From positions 1-60,725 of the forward strand of contig JACRHW010000008.1 in the NCBI GenBank assembly GCA_016217555.1: 60,725 nucleotides of DNA. Direction: 5' to 3'. Numbering within the stretch: position 1 is the stretch's first letter; every line of letters begins with the position of its first letter. Shown piece by piece: positions 1 to 9,198 of the stretch. Made by a program: the position numbers and the translations under genes. The notes beneath the pieces were generated by a model. That model ran no database searches. It was not told the origin of the DNA and was given only the letters and a program-made list of their open reading frames with translations. The stretch comes from Parcubacteria group bacterium (GTDB lineage Bacteria; Patescibacteriota; Minisyncoccia; UBA6257; JACRHW01).

Positions 1-108
1 CGTATTATTTTTGATTTACAACAGGTGGATTTCTCGTGTTTTTTGTTCATACACAAGAATTCTGCTACAAAACAGAGACTTTGACAGTGTTTACCTATTC
101 AAACGGAG

Positions 109-1674
109 ATGTCTACCAACCAAATTTCGCTGGGTAACTGGATGTATCATACCACTCCGATCGATATGGATAGTTCTTTCCTTGAAGAGAATAAACCTAT
201 TTTTTCAGAATTCGTGGCACCAAAAGAAGATACAACATTACCTATACAAAATGTGTTAGTGTTATCTTTGGGTTCGAGCACATCGTTTTCTGCATCATCT
301 AGTACGGTACCTATTGATATAGCGCCTTCATCAACACAGGATATTACTACTGGTACTCAGCCATTATCTAACAATACTCCAGTAAGTATTAGTATTCTTC
401 CTCCTTTATGCACAGGTGTTTCTAGTACGCCTGTGGGGAGCTTGTCGAATCTACCATCACGTGCAGTGCGCCTTAATGAGATTGCCTGGATGGGGACGAC
501 AGGTAGTTATACAAACGAATGGATGGAGCTTTATAATACAACCTCTTCGTCATATAGCCTTGCTCACGCCCAACTTATCGCGAGTAGTAGTAAATCGCTT
601 TTTTCGATTCGCTTTGGTGATAGTGACGTTATTCCACCTTTTGGATATTTTCTTCTTGAACGTACAAACGATACATCGGTGCCTAATATTGTTGCGGATA
701 AAATATATACGGGTGCATTAACTGATGAAGGTGAAGTAATTGAGCTTTTTGATTCTGGATGTAATAGTGTTGATCGCGTGGATTTTAAAAATGATTTCCC
801 CGTAGTTTCCAAAAACACCGATCGTCGTAGTATGGAGTTGAAACAAGATGGATTCTTTGGGCTTTACGAGGGTGATGTTGATGGAGTGAGTGGTATTTTT
901 GGGACTCCTAAACGACAGAATTCGATACCTATTCAAATTTCATTTACGACAACTTCAACGGGGTCTCTAGTCGATGTATCAAATTTTTCCGCAAGTACCT
1001 CAACATCTGATGTGGCTAGTAGTACCACAACAAGTACCAATGAGATCGTTGAGATTGTCGCTTCAAGTACCCCCTCTTCTACAAACGATGGTGTCGTTGC
1101 CACCTCGACTGTTGACACTCAAAATGCAAGTAGTAGTGATAGTATTTCTTCTTTCGCGTCCTCAACCGAGCTTGTGGCATCTTCCACTGTGGTTGTGGCA
1201 CCCCCTCTTTATTCCAACATCATAATCAGCGAAATTCTTTTTAATCCAATAGGAAGTGATAAGGGAAAGGAGTTTGTTGAGCTGTATAATCCTTTTGATA
1301 CTGAACAAAACCTCAAAGGATGGGCGTTGCGTCTTTTAAAAACGGGGGCCACCTCTACTACTTCACTTGCAACATTTGGTGATAGTTCTAGTGATACCGT
1401 GATCGTCTCTCAACATGGTTTTCTTCTCGTGGGTCTTAATAGTTATGATGCAGCGAACTTCGGTGGTGTTACTGCTAATGTACGCCGATCGAGTGTGCTA
1501 CCCAATGGTGAAGATGGAGTGTCGGTCATTTTACTCGATGCCAACAAGACAGAGGTAGATCGTGTTACCTATACCGCACAAGCTATTACCAAGGAGGGTC
1601 AGTCCCTCGAACGTAACACGCAGGGTATTTTTGTCATCCAGGAGACACCGCAACCGCAATTCCGATCTTTCTAG
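109..1674 (+). CDS. Ser/Thr-rich surface protein with two lamin-tail-domain (LTD)-like modules
   Basis: 521-aa ORF with ATG 109 after GGAG. It has LTD-type signatures LNEIAWMGT..NEWMELYN and ISEILFNPIGSDKGKEFVELYNP, separated by long S/T/V low-complexity linkers. Family call is from motif memory. Confidence 0.7.
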   Translation: MSTNQISLGNWMYHTTPIDMDSSFLEENKPIFSEFVAPKEDTTLPIQNVLVLSLGSSTSFSASSSTVPIDIAPSSTQDITTGTQPLSNNTPVSISILPPLCTGVSSTPVGSLSNLPSRAVRLNEIAWMGTTGSYTNEWMELYNTTSSSYSLAHAQLIASSSKSLFSIRFGDSDVIPPFGYFLLERTNDTSVPNIVADKIYTGALTDEGEVIELFDSGCNSVDRVDFKNDFPVVSKNTDRRSMELKQDGFFGLYEGDVDGVSGIFGTPKRQNSIPIQISFTTTSTGSLVDVSNFSASTSTSDVASSTTTSTNEIVEIVASSTPSSTNDGVVATSTVDTQNASSSDSISSFASSTELVASSTVVVAPPLYSNIIISEILFNPIGSDKGKEFVELYNPFDTEQNLKGWALRLLKTGATSTTSLATFGDSSSDTVIVSQHGFLLVGLNSYDAANFGGVTANVRRSSVLPNGEDGVSVILLDANKTEVDRVTYTAQAITKEGQSLERNTQGIFVIQETPQPQFRSF

Positions 1675-1740
1675 TTACGCCATTTTCAATTTCTTCCTTG
1701 CTATTTTTACGGAAATGACATTAGTGTGTATTCGAGGCAT

Positions 1741-1770
1741 AAAAAACCCGCATAGTTGCGGGTTGTTTTT
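1741..1770. terminator. Intrinsic terminator hairpin between convergent genes
   Basis: AAAAAACCCGC-atagtt-GCGGGTTGTTTTT. The A-run before and T-run after would allow bidirectional function. Confidence 0.7.
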
Positions 1771-1874
1771 AGTTTCTGATAAACATAATAAGTATGAAAA
1801 GAAGAGGGAGCAAAATGATCCACGAAATGGTATTGGCAATATCGCTTGTGTGTGATTCGACATGATGCATGGAG

Positions 1875-2006
1875 TTACTTCTCCTTTCCTAGGATTTCTT
1901 GAATGAGCATTACGATACCGAGTAGTATTGGTAGTCCTATGACGAAAGAGAATGTACAGGTGAGAATCAGGCGGATGAAGTGAAGCTGCATTGTTTCTGA
2001 CATCAT
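1875..2006 (-). CDS. Possible 43-aa single-pass membrane peptide
   Basis: ATGATG starts 6 nt after the M28 peptidase stop, with AAGGAG 10 nt upstream. Hydrophobic core is LILTCTFSFVIGLPILLGIVMLI. No homology evidence. Confidence 0.3.
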   Translation of the reverse strand: MMSETMQLHFIRLILTCTFSFVIGLPILLGIVMLIQEILGKEK

Positions 2007-2010
2007 TGTA

Positions 2011-3138
2011 TCATCGCTCCTTATTACAGCCATTCCAGTGTTTCGGATCGTGTTTTTCTTCGGTGATGCTTTGGTCGGTATAGATGGGGCGTTTTGGTGT
2101 TTCACTAAGCGTCCAAATCGCAGTAAGCGTCATGCGTGCAATACGCACCATTTTTGGATAATTGATTTTGTCGTAGGTGTCGGTCATTTCGTGGTAATCG
2201 GGATGGAAGCCTGCAAAGTAGAAGATAATAGGAATACGTTTGTTTGGTGGGCTTGCGTCAAAAAAAGAGGCTTGATCGCTAGCATTAAAGCCATCGTGCG
2301 TGTAGGTAAGCTGAAAACCGTATGTTTTTGCAAGTGATTGCGTAAGGGCATAAATATCGGGGCATACTTTTTCATAATTCAGCTGTTTTGGCATTACGAC
2401 ACAGAAAAGTTTACCATCTTCGTTTCTTCCCACCATATCGAGATTTACCACAGTTACAATATTGTTTAGTTGTATCTCAGGAGGAAGATGCTTTACGAAA
2501 TATTCTGATCCCACAAGACCATGTTCTTCGGCACCCCATAGAGCAAAGAGGATGTTGCGTTTTGGTTTTTGCTGGCGCGCCATTTCAGAGAGGGCTTCGG
2601 CGATTGCAAGGGTTATCGTGGTGCCCGATCCATTATCATCCGCACCATAATAAATATGAGTTCCTGGAAAATCACCACCAAGATGATCATAGTGCGCACC
2701 AAGGATGATCCATTCATTTGTTTCACCTTCGATGTAGCCAATAACATTTCTTGAGATGATATCTTTTCCTGTGATGAAGGATTCTCCGTTACAAGTTTCT
2801 AGACAACTTCGTGTTGCACCAAAAGCGAGTAGGTCTTTAGTATCGATCGCATCACCAAGTGGTTTGAGACCATAGCGTTTGAATTCACGTTCGATAAACT
2901 TACTTGGGCAATCATAGCCGCCATCAGAGGTGCCGCGTCCATTAAGATTTGGATTTGCAAGGATCTTGAGGGTATTCAAAAGCTTCGTTTCGGTGATTGT
3001 TTCTTGGGTTTGGATAATCTGTTGTTTGGTTATTCCATTCGGCTCTCGTGCATTAATAAGTCCAGGGAGAAAAGCAAAAAAAGCGAGAAGAAGCATGCAG
3101 AAAGTTAGCTGAAACTGTCCTCGTTTTGTTTTGGGCAT
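2011..3138 (-). CDS. M28-family zinc aminopeptidase, secreted
   Basis: N-terminal signal/TM segment, then GAHYDHLGG, YYGADDNGSGTT and FALWGAEEHGLVGSEYF, which are M28 metal-ligand motifs. Confidence 0.85.
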   Translation of the reverse strand: MPKTKRGQFQLTFCMLLLAFFAFLPGLINAREPNGITKQQIIQTQETITETKLLNTLKILANPNLNGRGTSDGGYDCPSKFIEREFKRYGLKPLGDAIDTKDLLAFGATRSCLETCNGESFITGKDIISRNVIGYIEGETNEWIILGAHYDHLGGDFPGTHIYYGADDNGSGTTITLAIAEALSEMARQQKPKRNILFALWGAEEHGLVGSEYFVKHLPPEIQLNNIVTVVNLDMVGRNEDGKLFCVVMPKQLNYEKVCPDIYALTQSLAKTYGFQLTYTHDGFNASDQASFFDASPPNKRIPIIFYFAGFHPDYHEMTDTYDKINYPKMVRIARMTLTAIWTLSETPKRPIYTDQSITEEKHDPKHWNGCNKER

Positions 3139-3247
3139 TTCATTACTCCTTTTGGTATTGTCAATGTACTAGTTCTAGTAATAGTATGTTTCTATGGTTT
3201 TGTAAAGAAAATGTGGTGGACGCATACATTGTATTGCTGATTTTGGT

Positions 3248-4831
3248 ATGATAGGCAATAATGGACATATGAATATATTCCCTGAAAAAATTTTAGAGCG
3301 TGTTTCATTAATTCCTGAAATAATGGAAGTTGCCGACAAGCTACGGTTGGCTGGTTTTGGTGTGTATTTAGTTGGTGGGTGTTTGCGTGATTTGTTTTTG
3401 GGTGGAGAACCATACGATTGGGATATTGCAACCGATGCTACACCCGGGGAGATTCAGCGTTTGTTTCCAGAAAGCATATATGAAAATAATTTTGGTACGG
3501 TGGGTATAAAGACCAAATCAGAAGGTCCACGTCTCAAGATTATCGAGGTAACTACATTTCGCCTCGAAGGGAAGTATACGGACAAACGTCATCCTGATGA
3601 AGTTGTTTTTGCGAAGACTATTGAAGAAGATTTAGCACGCAGGGATTTTACAGTAAATGCAATCGCAATGCCTCTTGCATCGCTCAAAATCAAAAATCAA
3701 AAATCAAAAATCAAAACTACAGTTCAAAACTTAAAACTAGAAACGGATGATACAAAATACTCTCTCATCGATCCTTTTGGTGGTCTTGAAGACTTAAAAA
3801 ATGGCATTATCTGTGCAGTAGGGAATCCTGAAGAACGATTTGGAGAGGATGCCTTGCGTCTTTTGCGTGCAGTGCGTCTTGGCGCGAAACTTGGATTTGC
3901 TATTGATCCGCCTACTCTAGAAGCTATTCATAAACAAGCAGGCTTGATCGAGTTTATAGCCAAAGAGCGTATCCGTGACGAGTTTTTAAAACTTATTATG
4001 ACCGGGCATGCCCATGAGGGTATTGAGGTGTTGCAAAAAACTGGTCTTTTAAAGCGTATTTTACCTGAGCTTGAAGAGGGGGTTGGGATGGGGCAGAATA
4101 AACACCATATTTATAGTGTATTTGAGCATAACGTCCGGGCGTTAAAATATGCTGTTGAACAAAAATTTCCACTTCATGTGCGTCTTGCGTCACTTCTCCA
4201 CGATGTGGGAAAACCACGGAGTAAACATGGTGAGGGGGCTGATTGTACTTTTTACGGACATCAGGTGGTGGGAGAACGTATGGTATTTAAGATACTTGAC
4301 CGCTTGCGTGTTGCACGAGATTTGACTGAAATTGTTGCACTTCTTGTCCGTGAGCATATGTTTGTCTACGATCCAGAGACGGTAACCTTAAAGGGTGTTC
4401 GTAGATTATTGCAACGTGTTGGTGTTGATAATATTGATGACCTCTTCGATTTGCGTGAGGCAGATCGTATTGGTTCTGGCGTGCCAAAAGCACAACCCTA
4501 TCGTTTGCGACACCTCAAGGCGATGGTGGACAAGGTAAAGATGGATCCCGTCAGTGCAAAAATGCTTAAAATAAACGGTGAGGGTATTATGCACGAACTT
4601 GGTATAGAACCAGGCCCTAAGGTGGGTGCTATACTCGCAGTATTACTTGAAGATGTAATTGAGAATCCAGAATTAAATACCGAGGAGGTGTTATTAAAAC
4701 GTGTGAAAGAGCTTGGTATATTAGAAGAGAAAGAACTTATCGAATTTGCAAAAAAAGCAAAGGCGTCTGCAATGCAGGCCCAAGAACGTATTGACGGTGA
4801 AATCTTAGAAAAACATTTTGTAAAGAAATGA
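3248..4831 (+). CDS. cca: CCA-adding tRNA nucleotidyltransferase with C-terminal HD domain
   Basis: Motifs GGCLRDLFLG..DWDIAT, RRDFTVNAIA, IDPFGG, ERFGEDALRLLRAVR and HDVGK. An alternative start is at 3269. It carries an in-frame repeat-derived insert (see repeat 3683-3744). Confidence 0.88.
   Translation: MIGNNGHMNIFPEKILERVSLIPEIMEVADKLRLAGFGVYLVGGCLRDLFLGGEPYDWDIATDATPGEIQRLFPESIYENNFGTVGIKTKSEGPRLKIIEVTTFRLEGKYTDKRHPDEVVFAKTIEEDLARRDFTVNAIAMPLASLKIKNQKSKIKTTVQNLKLETDDTKYSLIDPFGGLEDLKNGIICAVGNPEERFGEDALRLLRAVRLGAKLGFAIDPPTLEAIHKQAGLIEFIAKERIRDEFLKLIMTGHAHEGIEVLQKTGLLKRILPELEEGVGMGQNKHHIYSVFEHNVRALKYAVEQKFPLHVRLASLLHDVGKPRSKHGEGADCTFYGHQVVGERMVFKILDRLRVARDLTEIVALLVREHMFVYDPETVTLKGVRRLLQRVGVDNIDDLFDLREADRIGSGVPKAQPYRLRHLKAMVDKVKMDPVSAKMLKINGEGIMHELGIEPGPKVGAILAVLLEDVIENPELNTEEVLLKRVKELGILEEKELIEFAKKAKASAMQAQERIDGEILEKHFVKK
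3683..3744 (+). repeat. Imperfect heptamer array (TCAAAAN)n inside cca, family R1
   Basis: ctcaaaa tcaaaaa tcaaaaa tcaaaaa tcaaaac tacagt tcaaaac ttaaaac tagaaac, translated as KIKNQKSKIKTTVQNLKLE. Related to 9130-9172 and 9832-9874. Confidence 0.8.
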
Positions 4832-5649
4832 AAACTCCAGATAAGGATAAGCCTCAAATATATGATGCGACAAAACGCGAATATGATGCGATTGCAAAAA
4901 TTCGTGAGCATGGGGTAGTTTCTCCTGAGTACAGGGAGGGAGAACGGCTTTTAGAGTATTCTTATACGTTTCCTAACGGTACGGCATTTGTAGTAAAGGA
5001 AGAGGAGCCTGGTACTATAAAAATAGTATTAGAGAAAGAAGGTAAGACGTTGTTTGATTTTGCATCTTTATTGGGTTCGGGATATACATGGACTACCCCG
5101 TCGATGTCTTCAGGGAGTGTAAGTAATAGAGAGAAGAGGGGTGTTTTTTTGGTTTCACGCCCGACAAAGGAGGTGTCGCTTGGTGAATTCAAGCACCCAA
5201 GCGCTCTTCTTATGTTGCTCCATGAAATAGGACATACCCACCAGGATGAAGTGTCTAGGAAGTGGGAAAAGCAACAACAAGACGTTTTGGTGGAGAATAT
5301 ACAACGCAAGACAAATGTTCTTGAAACGATCCTATCCGCTAAGGGGGTTCGTTCCCAGGCCCAATCGTTTTTAGAACGTGATGCGTGGGCATATGCATTA
5401 CGTATGGCACGAAAATTAAAAAGGGAGTTTGATGTGGATCTTTTGGGGGACCCTCACATTTTTAGATCCAAAGAGGAGTTAGAAGATCTTATCTATGGTG
5501 CACTTCTTACTTATCGTATTGATCATGAGCGAGGTGCAAAAAAATATGGTGAAGAAACTGTTTTGGGAAAAGCGTACGTCGAGAAAGAACTCAAAAAACA
5601 TCTCGTAAAACTTTTAACATTATTTGATAAAGAGCGACTTAAAAAGTGA
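4828..5649 (+). CDS. Hypothetical protein with HExxH zinc-metallopeptidase-like motif
   Basis: 273-aa ORF whose ATG overlaps the cca stop (ATGA). Contains LLMLLHEIGHTH. No further family recognised. Confidence 0.5.
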   Translation: MKTPDKDKPQIYDATKREYDAIAKIREHGVVSPEYREGERLLEYSYTFPNGTAFVVKEEEPGTIKIVLEKEGKTLFDFASLLGSGYTWTTPSMSSGSVSNREKRGVFLVSRPTKEVSLGEFKHPSALLMLLHEIGHTHQDEVSRKWEKQQQDVLVENIQRKTNVLETILSAKGVRSQAQSFLERDAWAYALRMARKLKREFDVDLLGDPHIFRSKEELEDLIYGALLTYRIDHERGAKKYGEETVLGKAYVEKELKKHLVKLLTLFDKERLKK

Positions 5650-5704
5650 TTTTTTGAGATGGGGTAGGGTGGTGGTATGCGTGTTTTACCTCACCAAAAA
5701 GTAT

Positions 5705-5778
5705 CGGGCTGTAGTGTAGTGGTAGCACGAGTCCTTCGGGAGGATTTAGCTCCGGTTCGAATCCGGGCAGCCCGACCA
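5705..5778 (+). tRNA. tRNA-Pro (anticodon CGG), CCA encoded
   Basis: Hand-folded cloverleaf. Acceptor CGGGCTG/CAGCCCG, D arm GTGT-AGTGGTA-GCAC, anticodon arm AGTCC-TTCGGGA-GGATT, T arm TCCGG-TTCGAAT-CCGGG, discriminator A, then CCA. Confidence 0.88.
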
Positions 5779-5787
5779 TGTGAAATT

Positions 5788-7722
5788 ATGAGTAATTTTA
5801 AAGAACAACCTACGTTTGGAATTAAGTCGGTTATTGAGCAGACATCGTTTGAAAGTTCGGCGGTGCGTTCGTTTTTCTCCCAATGGTGCAAAATCAATGA
5901 TTCCATTGCGCCTAGGTTTGTTACCAGAGAAAAGTGGGAGAGCTTGGGAGAGGAGGTTCTTAAGAGGAATAAAAATGGTACAAGAACTCTCTTTATTCCA
6001 AAAGATCTTCAACTCTGGGAAATGGTAGGTGTTATGGAATGCGTTGATCATGATACTTTTTCTTCAAGACCTGAAATAGCTATTAAACATAGAGAACAAA
6101 TTCTCGCTTTGGGTAAGACTTTTCAACATGCTGGAATATATATCGCGCAGAGGTTAGAGTCTATTTCGAAGGGAAGGGGTATCGCAGAGGCGTTAGCGGA
6201 GGAATTGTATTCATACGGAAAGACTCTTGCCTCTGGCACAAAATCTCCAGAGAGTGTGGATGTGAGCACGATAGGTACTTTGTTGCTTGGAAAAGAGGAG
6301 ACAGAAGAAGTTGATCAATGGTTGGCGGGGGAGTCCTTGTATGCTTCGCGCTATGCGAGGGTAGAAAAACTTGAGGAAGTATATCCAAAAGAAGCAGAAG
6401 AATTTTCGGAACAAGTACGCCGAGAAACACTTGCGCAATTTTTTCGTGTGGCGGAAAAGGCGTTTGCATTGAAACAAAAATCAGAAGAGGGGGTGTTGTC
6501 TCAGGGGCGACGTTTACACAGTAATTCTTGGCAGAGCGATACGCCACTTCATGCAGCATTTCTCGCCAAGATTGAGGGGGGAATAAAAAAGGAGGTAGAA
6601 ACCCCAAGGAGAGAACTTGTGGCAGCGATGTTTAGGGGGGGACTGGAGCTTCTTAAGAAGAATATGGGGATTCGCATGATGCCTGAAGATATTAGGGATG
6701 AACTTTTTCATGCGTGGGAGGGCAGAGAGATAGAGCTGTACGAGGCGCTTCGCATTGATGAATTGAGAGAGAATCTCGAATGGGTGCGTGTGTGCGGAAG
6801 TACAGAATCGATTGGGGCATATGAACATGAGATTATTGATACGATAAATCAAGCAGTGAGCTTGTTTCCTCACGGCGATGAAGCCAATAATCCATCAGAA
6901 ATGGTGTTACAGCAATGCGTTAATTGTCTTGGGGGGTCGATGCTTGGGGGAGCATTTCTTTCCGAGGTTGGTATTCCTTTTCTTGCGGTTGATGCACCCG
7001 GACACTCTTTGCTATTTGTATTGCGAGATGATGGGGTTATCGAGTGGCGGGATATGATTAACAGCACAAAAGGGATACCATTGGACGATGATATGTTTGA
7101 AGGAGTAACCATTGCAGATATTATAGCATTCAGTGAACATCCAAGAGAAAAGGGAATGGTGCTTCGGCCCAAAACACGTACCTGGAAGAGTCGATTATAT
7201 TGGATTAAAAAACAAGAACAAAGAAATCTCGTTATTTTTGGTCCGGAATATGGGCAAAAAATTCAGGTTTTAAATAATATGGGTAATGCTCTTTTTGATG
7301 AAGGGTATTATGATCGTGCACGTGAGGCGTATGAAGAGTCAATTGCACACGACCCGGTTTTCTCTTACCCCTATTATGGATTAGGGAATGCGCTTGCGGC
7401 ACTTGGTCGTGATGAAGAAGCTATTGAAGCGTATCGCAAGGCAATCTCCATTGATTCGGGTGATTCAGATTTTTATCATGAGCTAGGGAACACTTTTCTT
7501 AAGATTGATCGCAACGAAGAGGCGATAGAAGTATATCGCAAGGCTATTGCGCTTGCACCGCAAGAAAGTGACTCCTATGGTGGCCTAGGAGATGCTTTAG
7601 CGAACCTTCATCGCAACGAAGAGGCTATAAAGGCGTATCGTAAATATATAACCCTTGTTGATAGGGATTATGATGCAGATTCGATGGAGAATATCAGGGG
7701 AAAAATAAGGGATTTACAATAG
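5788..7722 (+). CDS. TPR-repeat protein with a possible transglutaminase-like Cys/His core
   Basis: Start moved to ATG 5788 because the longer ORF from 5677 runs through tRNA-Pro. The C-terminus has 4 or more TPR units (YYGLGNALAALGRDEEAIEAYRKAI etc.). The central VNCLGGSML..GIPFLAVDAPGHSLLFVLRDDG resembles a transglutaminase-fold C...H...D pattern; this is tentative. Confidence 0.65.
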   Translation: MSNFKEQPTFGIKSVIEQTSFESSAVRSFFSQWCKINDSIAPRFVTREKWESLGEEVLKRNKNGTRTLFIPKDLQLWEMVGVMECVDHDTFSSRPEIAIKHREQILALGKTFQHAGIYIAQRLESISKGRGIAEALAEELYSYGKTLASGTKSPESVDVSTIGTLLLGKEETEEVDQWLAGESLYASRYARVEKLEEVYPKEAEEFSEQVRRETLAQFFRVAEKAFALKQKSEEGVLSQGRRLHSNSWQSDTPLHAAFLAKIEGGIKKEVETPRRELVAAMFRGGLELLKKNMGIRMMPEDIRDELFHAWEGREIELYEALRIDELRENLEWVRVCGSTESIGAYEHEIIDTINQAVSLFPHGDEANNPSEMVLQQCVNCLGGSMLGGAFLSEVGIPFLAVDAPGHSLLFVLRDDGVIEWRDMINSTKGIPLDDDMFEGVTIADIIAFSEHPREKGMVLRPKTRTWKSRLYWIKKQEQRNLVIFGPEYGQKIQVLNNMGNALFDEGYYDRAREAYEESIAHDPVFSYPYYGLGNALAALGRDEEAIEAYRKAISIDSGDSDFYHELGNTFLKIDRNEEAIEVYRKAIALAPQESDSYGGLGDALANLHRNEEAIKAYRKYITLVDRDYDADSMENIRGKIRDLQ

Positions 7723-7991
7723 CATATATAAATAGATCTTGCGCAGCCTCGTTATAGGCCATTGAAAATGTTACCGAGACTCTATTGGATAGGCCATAAT
7801 TCGGTTACCGTAGTCGTATATGACTATGGCAACAAAAAACGAGGTATTCAAAGATCGTTACCCCCCACTCTTTTATAGGTATTTATTTTTACAACAATGT
7901 TTTGATCAGTCAATCATTTGACGGAAATTGATATGTATGATAACGTAATAACTAGTCCATCGAAAACGGGAGAAATAAGGAGGAATAGAAC

Positions 7992-9173
7992 ATGGCACAA
8001 GTTGAAATGTATCGGGTTGCGGAGCTTCCTCACGAGGAGATACATGAGCGTTTTACAAGCCATATCGCACAGGGCGTAAAGACCGAAGAGGGGAACCTCC
8101 AGGAGATCAAGGAGCGTTCGAAAGAGCTTAAATTGAATGGACAGGTTACGCTCGTAGGTCACAGGATCGATAGGGCAAAGAAAGATCTTGTCTTGGAACA
8201 CTCTCTTTATCCGGAACGATACTATCCCAAAATTTCTCCAGATGAGATGAAGTTGTGGGAGATGTGGCTTCCTGAACTGTGTGAACTAGAGGACTATGGG
8301 GAACGACCCAATCACTATTTTATCCCAGAATCGGTACTTGACGAGTATGAAGCGTTGAAGAAGCTTAAGCTATTCGTAAGGTATGTTGTAAGGGCTTGTC
8401 ATCACAAGAAGGGATACGAGCTTCTTCTTATGGGGTTGGGAGAGAATGGCGCCTTTTTCCGTATTGCGCGTTGGGGTGAACGACTTGTTGGTGGAAAAAA
8501 GGTCTCTTCTCTTGTAGGTAAGGTATCTCGTAGACAGAAGTTGCGGGAACTTCTTTTTGGGTCTCCGAATGATATCCAATTTGTGTCGGGATCTCTGGTT
8601 ACCGTAACTCTTATCTCTATGTTGGCTTTTGTTTTTTGGATTGATTTTGTTACAATATCGTTCATGCAAGTAATTTTGGATAATATTCGGAGTGTCCATA
8701 ATGTGGGGTCTATTTTTAGAACTTCTGATGCGGTGGGAGTTGAGAAGGTGTATTTGTGTGGCATTACGCCAACACCTGTCGATCGATTTGGAAATCTTTT
8801 GAATGACTTTGCAAAGACGGCACTTGGCGCAGAAAAGTCAGTGCCTTACGAGAAGGTGTCTTCGACATGGCGATGTATCGAAAAACTCAAAAAAGAGGGA
8901 TTTTTTGTGATTGCACTCGAGCAGACTTCTGGCGCACAAAATCTTTTTACTACCAAACGAATGAGGTTGAACCTCACTCATTTGGTAGTTGTGATAGGGA
9001 ACGAGGTGAAGGGGGTTAGTAAAAGCGCACTAGAACGTGCTGATGCAGTTATAGAAATTCCTATGGTTGGCAAAAAGGAGTCACTTAACGTTGCGGTGGC
9101 ATTTGGGATTGCGGCGTATCAACTTACATTCAAAAATCAAAAGTCAAAACGCAAAACTTCAACTCAAAACTAG
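7992..9173 (+). CDS. SpoU/TrmH-family RNA 2'-O-methyltransferase fused in frame to an unknown 224-aa N-terminal region
   Basis: The C-terminal 169 aa carry LDNIRSVHNVGSIFRTSDAVGV, VVIGNEVKGVS and IEIPMVGKKESLNVAVAFGIAAY (SpoU motifs). The N-terminal part is unrecognised and ends in a hydrophobic segment. Internal ATG 8664 would give a stand-alone methyltransferase. Confidence 0.7.
   Translation: MAQVEMYRVAELPHEEIHERFTSHIAQGVKTEEGNLQEIKERSKELKLNGQVTLVGHRIDRAKKDLVLEHSLYPERYYPKISPDEMKLWEMWLPELCELEDYGERPNHYFIPESVLDEYEALKKLKLFVRYVVRACHHKKGYELLLMGLGENGAFFRIARWGERLVGGKKVSSLVGKVSRRQKLRELLFGSPNDIQFVSGSLVTVTLISMLAFVFWIDFVTISFMQVILDNIRSVHNVGSIFRTSDAVGVEKVYLCGITPTPVDRFGNLLNDFAKTALGAEKSVPYEKVSSTWRCIEKLKKEGFFVIALEQTSGAQNLFTTKRMRLNLTHLVVVIGNEVKGVSKSALERADAVIEIPMVGKKESLNVAVAFGIAAYQLTFKNQKSKRKTSTQN
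9130..9172 (+). repeat. R1 heptamer element, copy forming the 3' end of the SpoU gene
   Basis: tcaaaaatcaaaagtcaaaacgcaaaacttcaactcaaaacta is identical over 43 nt to 9832-9874. It encodes the tail FKNQKSKRKTSTQN and contributes the TAG stop. Confidence 0.9.
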
Positions 9174-9198
9174 AAACAACGCACAATAGTTTTTATTT

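Noticed and set aside
5677-5787. N-terminal 37 codons of the 681-aa track ORF.
   Set aside because: This stretch runs straight through a well-folding tRNA-Pro gene (5705-5778). I moved the start to ATG 5788.
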